A program made the translations under genes and the position numbers. This document shows positions 28,771 through 40,164 of a stretch of 64,000 nucleotides of DNA, piece by piece. Position 1 is the stretch's first letter. Each line of letters starts with the position of its first letter. Source of the stretch: Polyangiales bacterium (GTDB taxonomy: Bacteria; Myxococcota_A; Polyangia; Polyangiales; Polyangiaceae). The notes beneath the pieces were generated by a model that was given only the letters and a program-made list of their open reading frames with translations, was not told the origin of the DNA and ran no database searches. The stretch lies in contig JBBRNJ010000020.1 in assembly GCA_038230375.1 (NCBI GenBank), positions 1 to 64,000 on the forward strand, given 5' to 3'.

Positions 28771-31233
28771 TCAGAACTGCGTGTCGTCGGTCTTCTTCGA
28801 CTTCGCGCCCTTGTCGTCCTTCGAGTGGCCGTGCTGACGGCGTGACTCGTGCGGGTGCGCAGGGCGAATGTGCTCGCGAATGGTCGCGTGATCGAGGCCC
28901 TTCGGCGGCGACGCCTCGCGCGGGTGCACGGTCTCCGCGCCTGTTGCATTGCTGTCCTCGTTCGCAGCCACGGGCGCGGGCGCACCGGGTGCCCCCGTGG
29001 ACGGCGGAGCAGCAGGCGCCACGTCAGCAGGCGTCGCGCCCTGACCATTCGCCGCGGTGCCGGAGCTGGGCTCCTTCGGCGCGGTGTCGTCCGCGGGCGG
29101 GGGCGTCTCGTTCTTCGGCGCTGTGGGCAGCGAGTCCACCGACACGGTCGGGATCTCGGCGGGATGAGCGTGTCCGTATTGCTTGTATCCTGCACTGAGC
29201 AGGACAGCGCATGCGCTCGCCGTGACCAGCGCGGCGATGCGACGCGCGCGCGTCCTTCGCTTCTCCGGCGCGAGCAGCGCGTCTTCCAGTGCCTTCTTCA
29301 TCTCCAGCGCGTGCAAGAAGCGCGTGCTCGGGGACTTGCGGATCGCGCGCATGATCACGGCCTCGATCGCCTCCGGCATGTCCTGTCCGCCCGCACGAAC
29401 GCGCGGGGGTACAGGCGTCTCGCGCAGCTGCCTCCCCATGACGACGACGCTCGAGCCGCCATCGAACGGCGGGGCGCCCGTCGTGAGCTCGTAGAGGACG
29501 CAGCCCAGCGCGTAGATGTCGCAGCGGCAGTCCACGGTCTCGCCCGCGACCTGCTCGGGCGCCATGTACTCGGGAGTGCCGAACACAGCGAAGCCCTTCT
29601 GACGCTCGTTCTTGCCCTCTTCCGCAGCGCTCTCACCCGTGGCCATGGCCACGCCAAAGTCGAGGAGCTTCAGCTGTCCGGTCTCCGTGATGAAGAGGTT
29701 CTGCGGCTTCAGATCGCGGTGAACGATGCCCGCTGCGTGCGCGACCATGAGCGCGCGCAGGACGTCGATGCCGATCTTCGCGGCCTTCTGCCACGAGACG
29801 ATCTTGTCCTCGCGCTTGTCCAGCGTGTGCCCCTTCAGGAGCTCCATGGCGATGAAGATGCGGCCATCGAGCGACTTGCCGAAGTCGTGCAGATGAACCA
29901 GGTTCGGATGCGACAGGTTCGCGATGGCGCGGGCCTCGCGGCGGAAGCGCTCGATCGCGTCATGCGCGGAGGCATGGGCCGGGGCAAGGACCTTCACGGC
30001 CAGCCTTCGCCCCAGCTCCATGTGCTCGGCCTCGAAGACCTCACCGCTCGCGCCCTCGCCGATCTTCTCGATCAGGCGGTACGGCGTGCCTGCGAGCACG
30101 TTGGGATCTTCCTCGGAGGCGGCCTTGCGCGCGGCCTCCATGGCCTGCCCTGCGGCGGGTGTGTCCGTCTGCTTGCGCAGGTCGCGGGACTCGCGGAGCA
30201 AGCGCGCGAACTCGGCGCGGGACCGCGCGGGCTCGTCCTTCCAGAGCGTGAGCATGAGCACGGCGATGCGGGCGCGCACGCTGCGCTCGCCATTCTTTCC
30301 TGCTGGAGCCGTTGCCAATACCTTGGCAAGCTCGGAGGCGGCGATGCCGGCGCTGGCGTAGCGGTCGTCCGGTTCGTTCGCGCAGAGCTTCTGGATGATC
30401 TCGTCCAGGGCCTTGGGAATGCCGCGGATCGGCGTGAGCTCCGGGATGTGGAAGTTGCCCGCGGCGACCTCCTCCAGGTGCTTCTGGGGATCGCCGGAGA
30501 GCAGGCGCTTGCCGGCGCAGAGCTCCCAGAGCATGACGCCCATGGCGTACACGTCGATGCGCGCGTCGCCCACCTGCTGGCGCGCGACCTCGGGGGCCAC
30601 GTAGCCGGGCTTGGCGAACACCACGCCAGCCACCGTGTGGCAGCGGCGATTCTGACCACGCGCGGTACCGAAGTCGATCAGCTTCAGCTCGCCCGCGTAG
30701 CCGACCATCACGTTTTGGGGCGAGAGGTCGCGGTGGACGATGCCGAGCGGCGAGCCATCCGAGGCGGAGCGCTCGTGCACGTGCGAGAGCGCCTGCCCCA
30801 TCTCGATGATGAGCGCGGCCGCCTCGGGCCAACCGACGCGCGCGCCGAGCTGCACCGCGCGCTGACGAACATCCGCGAGCGAGCGACCTTCGACGTACTC
30901 GACCACGGTGTAGGGCTCGCCGTTGTCGTCGGTCGCTGCCTCCAGGACCTGCGCGACGCCCGGGTGATTGAGCTGCGCCTGCACGCGAGCCTCGTCGAGG
31001 AAGCGCGCCAGGAAGGAGCCGTCGTGCACATGATCACGCCGCACGGTCTTCACCACGCAGGGGCGCTCGGCGCCTTCGATGCCGGTGGTGGCGGCCAGGT
31101 ACACGTCCCCCATGCCCCCGCGCGCCAGCTGCCGGAGCAGGATCAGACGACCGAATACGCGCGGTAGCGGTATGGGGATGACTCCGGAGGAAAACCCGGG
31201 CTTGTCAGCCTCGGCGCGTGCTGCTTCCGACAT
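28771..31233 (-). CDS. Ser/Thr kinase with two tandem kinase domains, a TM helix and a Pro-rich tail
   Basis: Domain 1: GGMGDV/VVK/HRDLSPQN/DFG/YVAPE. Domain 2: GEGASGEV/AVK/HRDLKPQN/DFG/GTPEYMAPE. Confidence 0.93.
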   Translation of the reverse strand: MSEAARAEADKPGFSSGVIPIPLPRVFGRLILLRQLARGGMGDVYLAATTGIEGAERPCVVKTVRRDHVHDGSFLARFLDEARVQAQLNHPGVAQVLEAATDDNGEPYTVVEYVEGRSLADVRQRAVQLGARVGWPEAAALIIEMGQALSHVHERSASDGSPLGIVHRDLSPQNVMVGYAGELKLIDFGTARGQNRRCHTVAGVVFAKPGYVAPEVARQQVGDARIDVYAMGVMLWELCAGKRLLSGDPQKHLEEVAAGNFHIPELTPIRGIPKALDEIIQKLCANEPDDRYASAGIAASELAKVLATAPAGKNGERSVRARIAVLMLTLWKDEPARSRAEFARLLRESRDLRKQTDTPAAGQAMEAARKAASEEDPNVLAGTPYRLIEKIGEGASGEVFEAEHMELGRRLAVKVLAPAHASAHDAIERFRREARAIANLSHPNLVHLHDFGKSLDGRIFIAMELLKGHTLDKREDKIVSWQKAAKIGIDVLRALMVAHAAGIVHRDLKPQNLFITETGQLKLLDFGVAMATGESAAEEGKNERQKGFAVFGTPEYMAPEQVAGETVDCRCDIYALGCVLYELTTGAPPFDGGSSVVVMGRQLRETPVPPRVRAGGQDMPEAIEAVIMRAIRKSPSTRFLHALEMKKALEDALLAPEKRRTRARRIAALVTASACAVLLSAGYKQYGHAHPAEIPTVSVDSLPTAPKNETPPPADDTAPKEPSSGTAANGQGATPADVAPAAPPSTGAPGAPAPVAANEDSNATGAETVHPREASPPKGLDHATIREHIRPAHPHESRRQHGHSKDDKGAKSKKTDDTQF
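29183..29195. promoter_or_regulatory. TGYA-N3-TRCA palindrome site
   Basis: attgcTTGTATCCTGCAC. Confidence 0.6.
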
Positions 31234-31328
31234 GACCCAAGGTGATAAATAAGGCGGCGTACGAGGGCCAAGTTTCCCACCTCACGGCGGCCGTTGCTTC
31301 CGTGGCGCCCGACATTATGTTTTCTCGC

Positions 31329-32027
31329 ATGTCGAAGCGTCTTCGCGTGGACGTGTGGTCTGACGTGGCGTGCCCCTGGTGTTACATCGGCAAGCGCAAG
31401 CTGGAGTCCGCGCTCGCCGCGTTTCCACACGCGTCAGAGGTGGAGGTGGTGTGGCACGCGTTCGAGCTGGATCCCAGCGCGCCGCGCACGCAGCCGGACG
31501 GCGTGTCCATGGCGGCGCGGTTGGCGAAGAAGTACGGCAACACCGTGCGCGAAGCAGAGGTGATGATCCAGCGCGTGGCCGACACCGCCAAGGCCGAGGG
31601 CCTGGACTTCCACTTCGACCGCATGAAGCCGGGGAACACGTTCGACGCGCACTGCCTGATCCACCTGGGCCTCCAGCGCGGCAAGCAAGATGCCGTGAAG
31701 GAGCGACTCATGCGCGCGTACTTCACCGAGGGCTGCGCGGTGGGCGACAAGGCAGTGCTGGTGCAGCTGGGCGTGGACGCCGGCCTGGACGCGGACGAAG
31801 TGACCGCGCTCCTGGAGACTGATCTGTACGCGCAGGAAGTGCGTGAGGAAGAGGCGGAGGCGGCCGAGATCGGGATCCGCGGCGTTCCGTTCTACGTGTT
31901 CGGCGAGAAGTACGCGGTCTCGGGCGCGCAGCCGAAGGAGGCGCTGCTCTCGGTGCTCACGAAGACCTGGACAGAGGTGGGCCCGAAGAACCTGGCGGAC
32001 GGACGGGCGCAGATGAACTTTCGCTGA
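31329..32027 (+). CDS. DsbA-family oxidoreductase (FrnE-like)
   Basis: WSDVACPWCYIGKR, NTFDAH, GVPF, SGAQP. Confidence 0.92.
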   Translation: MSKRLRVDVWSDVACPWCYIGKRKLESALAAFPHASEVEVVWHAFELDPSAPRTQPDGVSMAARLAKKYGNTVREAEVMIQRVADTAKAEGLDFHFDRMKPGNTFDAHCLIHLGLQRGKQDAVKERLMRAYFTEGCAVGDKAVLVQLGVDAGLDADEVTALLETDLYAQEVREEEAEAAEIGIRGVPFYVFGEKYAVSGAQPKEALLSVLTKTWTEVGPKNLADGRAQMNFR

Positions 32028-32069
32028 CGTATTTCGGCAACCCTCGACCCGAGCGGTCGATGGGAAAGC

Positions 32070-33029
32070 ATGACCGACCAGATCTCCCGGACCGACCGCG
32101 CCCGCGCGTACGAACCCGAGCACAACGACCACCCGACAGAGCCGCAAACCACGCGGCCCAACCCGCGTGAGATCGACTGGAACGCGTTCGGACACGGCTC
32201 CACGGCGCTCGATCACCACCTGGACAAGAGCCTCGACACGTTCGTGAAGAACAAGAACGTGATGATGCTCGGCATGAACGAGGCCCGCATCAGCGGCCCG
32301 AAACAGAACGAAGCCGAGTGGACCGCGATCCAGACCGAGGCGCAGCGCTCGGGCATCAGCGCAGTTCACATCAACGCGTCGTACAGCAGCGTCGTCAGGC
32401 ACGGCGGTCAGTCGTTCGACCTCTCGATCGCAGGTCAGGGAAGAAAGCTCGCCGCGTCGCTCGGAATTCCCGACGAGAACACGACGCGCGACATCGGGAA
32501 CGTCCTCGAGAACGCGCCGCCCGAGGGACGCGACGAGCTCGCGCGCATCGCGATGCAGTGGGCGTGCGCCGAGCGCCCGGGCGCCGCCGCGCAGCACACG
32601 GTTCCCGCGCGCCTCATGTTCTCGGGTCACTGCGGCGGCGACTCGTTCTACGACGGCGCACGAACCGAGCACCAGAACGAGGTGAAACACGCGGACATCC
32701 AGGCGCTCGCGCGTGCGATGCCTCACGCCTCGGCGCAGGTCCGCGACGTGATGTTCTCCGCCTGCAGCACCATGCCGCATGCCGAGAAGGAAGCGACAGT
32801 TGCGGCCTGGCGCTCGGCGTTCCCGAACCTTTCGAGCATGCAGGGCTACGGAAGCCCGGTCGACTATCACTCACCGACGGGCGACCTCGCCATCATCCAT
32901 GAGCGCGTCTGGCTGAACGACACGCGCACCAGTGGCGGCGCCCCACATCTCCGGACCGACAAGCAGCTGTCGTTCGCATCGCACACGATGATCTGGAAGA
33001 ACCCTGATACTTTCGAGGTCGGCAAATGA
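32070..33029 (+). CDS. Hypothetical protein with a caspase/CHAT-like His-Cys motif pair
   Basis: LMFSGHCGG and VMFSACST; no signal peptide. Confidence 0.6.
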   Translation: MTDQISRTDRARAYEPEHNDHPTEPQTTRPNPREIDWNAFGHGSTALDHHLDKSLDTFVKNKNVMMLGMNEARISGPKQNEAEWTAIQTEAQRSGISAVHINASYSSVVRHGGQSFDLSIAGQGRKLAASLGIPDENTTRDIGNVLENAPPEGRDELARIAMQWACAERPGAAAQHTVPARLMFSGHCGGDSFYDGARTEHQNEVKHADIQALARAMPHASAQVRDVMFSACSTMPHAEKEATVAAWRSAFPNLSSMQGYGSPVDYHSPTGDLAIIHERVWLNDTRTSGGAPHLRTDKQLSFASHTMIWKNPDTFEVGK

Positions 33030-33637
33030 ACGCTCGCATTGCTCTGTTCGTCATTCTGGCCGCGTCCGTGACCCTCTCCCGCGAGCACCAAGCGCAGGCG
33101 TGCTTCAACGTGACGCAGCTGGAGCTGGACCAGGACACGAAACGCGTGAAGGCCGCAGAGGACGCGCTCGCCAACGACGACTACGCAGCCGCGCGCCAGA
33201 AGTCCGCCACGACGCTTCGCGTGACGAAGAGCTGGTGGTCAAACAACGCCAGCTGGACCGACCGCCAGGCAGACCTCGTTGCGTGGGCGCCCATCGCCCG
33301 GCGCGCCCTGCGGGTTCATTCACTCGCGACGGTCCGCGACGCGAGCAGCACCACGGCTGACAGGGAGCTCGCCACGAAGAACCTCATTGCGCTCATGAAG
33401 CGCGATCCGGATCCCACGCTCGCGATCGACACGGCCGAGGCGATGGCGAAGTCCCCCGAGAAGGAGGCGCTCGCGCTCATGATGCTCCGCGTGCAGGCCG
33501 AGAAGGATCTGATAGGCAGCGCGCACGCGTATGCCGCGCTGACGCGACTGGAGCGCGCGCACGGGAATGAGGCAGCCGCGGTGACTGCGCACGAGCGGTG
33601 CGTGCGCATGGCGAAACACGCGCGCGTGTGCGAATAG
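33026..33637 (+). CDS. Secreted helical (TPR-like) hypothetical protein
   Basis: Signal peptide ending AQA-C; ATGA overlap with the upstream gene. Confidence 0.65.
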   Translation: MNARIALFVILAASVTLSREHQAQACFNVTQLELDQDTKRVKAAEDALANDDYAAARQKSATTLRVTKSWWSNNASWTDRQADLVAWAPIARRALRVHSLATVRDASSTTADRELATKNLIALMKRDPDPTLAIDTAEAMAKSPEKEALALMMLRVQAEKDLIGSAHAYAALTRLERAHGNEAAAVTAHERCVRMAKHARVCE

Positions 33638-33689
33638 GAGGTTTGGTCTTCCCGTCGGCGCGCGGGGCTGCTACTCGACTTCTCTCGAC

Positions 33690-37010
<3,321 letters not shown>

Positions 37011-37018
37011 GCGACGAC

Positions 37019-37083
37019 GACTTCGACCTCACCTGGACCTCGACCTCGACCTCGACCTCGACCTCGACTTCGACCTCGACCTC
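37019..37083 (+). repeat. Intergenic (GACCTC)n microsatellite between convergent genes
   Basis: Eight consecutive GACCTC/GACTTC units at 37036-37083 plus two at 37019-37030. Confidence 0.92.
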
Positions 37084-38356
37084 ACCCCTTCCGCTGCTCC
37101 TTGTGATCTTCGATTTCGAGCTCTGCGGAGGCTCCGTCCAGATCATCCGTCATCACCACGCGGAGGCGCTTTTTCAAGGCTGGATCGCGCACGGTCTCGC
37201 ACACTTCTTCCACACGGGCGGTGGCCTCGTCGCCTGCGATTCGATAGAGCACGCGCGCGGCGCCCACGCGTATGTCAGGAGCGGCGTCCGGATCTTCGAG
37301 GGCGCGTAGCAGTGATTCCTTCGTGAGGTTCACGCTCCGGTAGCCGCCTCCCATCGTCGTCGCTGCCCCGTCAAGGCGCTCGAGCCAGGCGCGTGGAGCG
37401 TCCGCGGAGCTTCTCATGAGGAGCTCCACACCGGTCGCGGCCTCGGAGGCCTGAAGCTCCCCGTGGGCGCGGCGTCCGGCGTCGCGGAGCTGGCCGGCGA
37501 TGTGCTCGATCTCCAGGTCCGACGCGCCGTTCAGCGAGTGGCTCGCGCGATAGAGGGGGATGCTCAGCTGCGGGAGCATCGAGCGCGCGATGCGAATCGA
37601 CTGGGGCTCCACGCTCACGTCCTCGATGGCCGAGTAAGGGATGTGCGTTGTCTTGTTATTGAGCCCATGGAAGACGCCCGCATCGTTGAACCAGATCGCG
37701 CCATTGCGGATGGCCGCATCACGACGGAAGAAGGGCCCCAGGTAGACCACGGCGAGCGAGCAGACGAGCATGAGCCACATGAGGATCGACGTGGGCTCCT
37801 CGTTCATCGCGTAGAACGCGAGCACCAGCGCCGCGAAGCCGCCCGCGATCCGCGCGAGGTTCGTCGCGAGCTCGAAGTTTCCGCCGGAGACCTTCCACGC
37901 GAGCGTGCCGTAGCCGCCAAAGCCGATCCCGAGCGCCTGACGGATCTCGGCGGCGTTCTCGGATCTCTTGACCACGAAGTGCAGCGGCCGGCCCATGCGC
38001 GCGGCCCGCGAGATGGCGATGGTGGTGGTTCCGTCCTGACCCACCGACGTGGATGCGCCGCTGACATCCGCCGTATCGATGTTCTGGTTCAAGAGCCCCG
38101 CGTCCCGGACGCGCACCCTGCCGGACGAGAGCAGTAGCTCGCACTTGCGCGAACGGTGTCGCCCCAGCAGCGGGCGCGCGAAGAGAAGCAGGAGCGCGGC
38201 AAGGTAGAACGCGGGGCCTGGGCTTGCGCTGTCCAGGGCGGCCCACAGGTAGTCGAGCACCAGCGTGACAACGGCGAGCGATGGCAGCAACAGTCGTGTC
38301 CAGACGGGACCGATGGGATCCGAGATGCGCGCGCGGAACGACCGCTCCGCGCTCAT
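37082..38356 (-). CDS. Membrane protein, paralog of 38353-39612
   Basis: TM pair + soluble domain repeated twice; C-terminal WLERLD...GGYR...LEDPDA...RVGAARVL. Confidence 0.75.
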   Translation of the reverse strand: MSAERSFRARISDPIGPVWTRLLLPSLAVVTLVLDYLWAALDSASPGPAFYLAALLLLFARPLLGRHRSRKCELLLSSGRVRVRDAGLLNQNIDTADVSGASTSVGQDGTTTIAISRAARMGRPLHFVVKRSENAAEIRQALGIGFGGYGTLAWKVSGGNFELATNLARIAGGFAALVLAFYAMNEEPTSILMWLMLVCSLAVVYLGPFFRRDAAIRNGAIWFNDAGVFHGLNNKTTHIPYSAIEDVSVEPQSIRIARSMLPQLSIPLYRASHSLNGASDLEIEHIAGQLRDAGRRAHGELQASEAATGVELLMRSSADAPRAWLERLDGAATTMGGGYRSVNLTKESLLRALEDPDAAPDIRVGAARVLYRIAGDEATARVEEVCETVRDPALKKRLRVVMTDDLDGASAELEIEDHKEQRKG

Positions 38357-39612
38357 CGGTGCATCATCTTCCGCATCTCTTCTCGTTCGAGTGTCTCGAG
38401 CTCGCGACCGGCGCTCTCGAGATCGTCCGTGAGCGCGATGCGAATGCGCTTCTGCGCGCCCTCTTGCCGCACGGCGCCGATGATCGTGTCGACGCGAATG
38501 CGCGCATCGGGGCTGCGATCCTTGAGGAGACGCGCGGAGGCGGCGCGCATCTCCACGTCCGCGTCTGGATCCTCCAGGATGGTCCAGAGGTCCGCCTCGT
38601 CCAGCGAACCGCCGCGGTAGCTCTGGTTGCCCACTGTCTGCGCGGCGACATCGAGCCGGGCAAGCCACGAGCGCGGGGCCTCGCCGTTGCGCTTCAAGAT
38701 GTCAACGCGTGTGGTGGTCTCGGGCTTGGGCGGAGCGGCACCGTGCGCGCGTTGCGATGCGGACAGGAGCTGCGCGACCGCGAGCGTGCGCTCCTCACGG
38801 CTCAGTCCCTGGTACATGAACATGGTCGGCTTCGCCTTCACGAAGACCGGCGGGTACGGCGGGTGGAGCACGATCGCGATGCCGTCGGGCTGCTCCTCGA
38901 TACCGGCGATCGCGGCGTAGGGGATCACGCGCCACCCGAGCGGCCCGAACACATGCACGCCGTCCGCGCGCATCGCCACGTACGGCGCGACGGAGGACGA
39001 GCCGCTGGCCTTCACGAGCAAGCCCACGAGCGCGCCGATGATCGCCATCACCACGAACGCGATATAGCCGTCACCCCCCTCCCCGAAGTGCATGGCGGCG
39101 GCGCCGAGGAAGCCCATGGCCGACAGCCCGCGCAGCACCGCGTCGCCCGTGCGCCCGGTCTGTGGCTCAGTGGAGAAGAACACGGTGCCGAAGCCGTCAT
39201 GACCGATGCCGAGCGCGTCGCGGACCTTCTTCACTTCGTCGAGGGACTTCACGACGAGCTGGATGGGGACGTTCTTCCGCTTCTTGTGGTTCAGTGTGAG
39301 GAGGACGCCTTCGGGAACGAGCGCCGTGGTCGCGCCCAGGATGTCCTTCGCACGGATCTTCTGGTTGAGGCGGCCGCCCTTCTTGATGGCCACGTAGCCG
39401 GGGTGGAACTCGAGCTCGGCCTGGCGCGGACCGATGCGCGGCGGAATGAACGGCGTGAGGCAGAGGAAGAGGCCGCTGGCGATGAAGAGCGAGAACGTGG
39501 CAGCGTCACCGACGGGCAGCGCGCACGCCAAAACGAATGCGAGCGGCGAGAGCAACCACGGCAGCAGGCGATAGAGAGGCGGGCCGACGGGATCGAAGAC
39601 CTTCGCTCTCAT
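38353..39612 (-). CDS. Membrane protein, paralog of 37082-38356
   Basis: DPVGP start, ALGIG..GFG, WLARLD...SYR...LEDPDA...RAASARLL; ATGA overlap. Confidence 0.75.
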   Translation of the reverse strand: MRAKVFDPVGPPLYRLLPWLLSPLAFVLACALPVGDAATFSLFIASGLFLCLTPFIPPRIGPRQAELEFHPGYVAIKKGGRLNQKIRAKDILGATTALVPEGVLLTLNHKKRKNVPIQLVVKSLDEVKKVRDALGIGHDGFGTVFFSTEPQTGRTGDAVLRGLSAMGFLGAAAMHFGEGGDGYIAFVVMAIIGALVGLLVKASGSSSVAPYVAMRADGVHVFGPLGWRVIPYAAIAGIEEQPDGIAIVLHPPYPPVFVKAKPTMFMYQGLSREERTLAVAQLLSASQRAHGAAPPKPETTTRVDILKRNGEAPRSWLARLDVAAQTVGNQSYRGGSLDEADLWTILEDPDADVEMRAASARLLKDRSPDARIRVDTIIGAVRQEGAQKRIRIALTDDLESAGRELETLEREEMRKMMHR

Positions 39613-39618
39613 GGAGCC

Positions 39619-40164
39619 ATGACGGTACCACGCCCAAAGCCCTCCGGAAACGCACCCGGCGGTGTAGACTCGAACGCCGTGAACGGCCCGAGCAACTCCG
39701 CGACCCGGTATCCGCGCGCGAGCGTGCTCGAGCACCGCGGGCGGCTCGTGGACCTTGCGAAAGAAGCGCTCGCGAAGGCCGTGGCGGAGCGCGAGGCGCG
39801 CGAAATGGCGAAGGCGCGGGCCGAGGGGGACGTGACCCGGGCCGAGGCGGCGCGCGCCCAGGTCACGGCCGAGGAGGCGGCTCGTCTGGCGCGCGGCGAG
39901 CTCCGCGCAGACGACCTCACGCGGCAGGCGGCGTGGGAGGGGGCCGTGCAGGCGGAGCTCGCCGAGCTACGCAGAAAAGTCGCGGCCGCGTCCGACCTGC
40001 TGGAAGATGGCGTCGCGAAGGAGCGCGAGGCGCTCGCCGAGCTGGCGAATAGGAAGGCGGACGTGGACGTTCTGGAGAAGGACCGCGAGCGATATCTTCT
40101 GGAGGAGCGCAAGAAGGCGGAGGCGCGTGAAGAAGAGGCCAGCGCCGAGGCCAGACGCAGATGA
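39619..40164 (+). CDS. FliJ/SctO-like coiled-coil protein
   Basis: YP.ASVLEHR...AKEALA start and LEKDRE...EE end, the FliJ/YscO pattern; all-helical. Identity is inferred. Confidence 0.55.
   Translation: MTVPRPKPSGNAPGGVDSNAVNGPSNSATRYPRASVLEHRGRLVDLAKEALAKAVAEREAREMAKARAEGDVTRAEAARAQVTAEEAARLARGELRADDLTRQAAWEGAVQAELAELRRKVAAASDLLEDGVAKEREALAELANRKADVDVLEKDRERYLLEERKKAEAREEEASAEARRR

Noticed and set aside
28849..31167. Long antisense/alternative-frame ORFs (also 40524-42524, 16765-18384, 18021-19523)
   Set aside because: Shadow ORFs expected from high-GC codon bias opposite real genes; Arg/Ala-rich, with no motifs.
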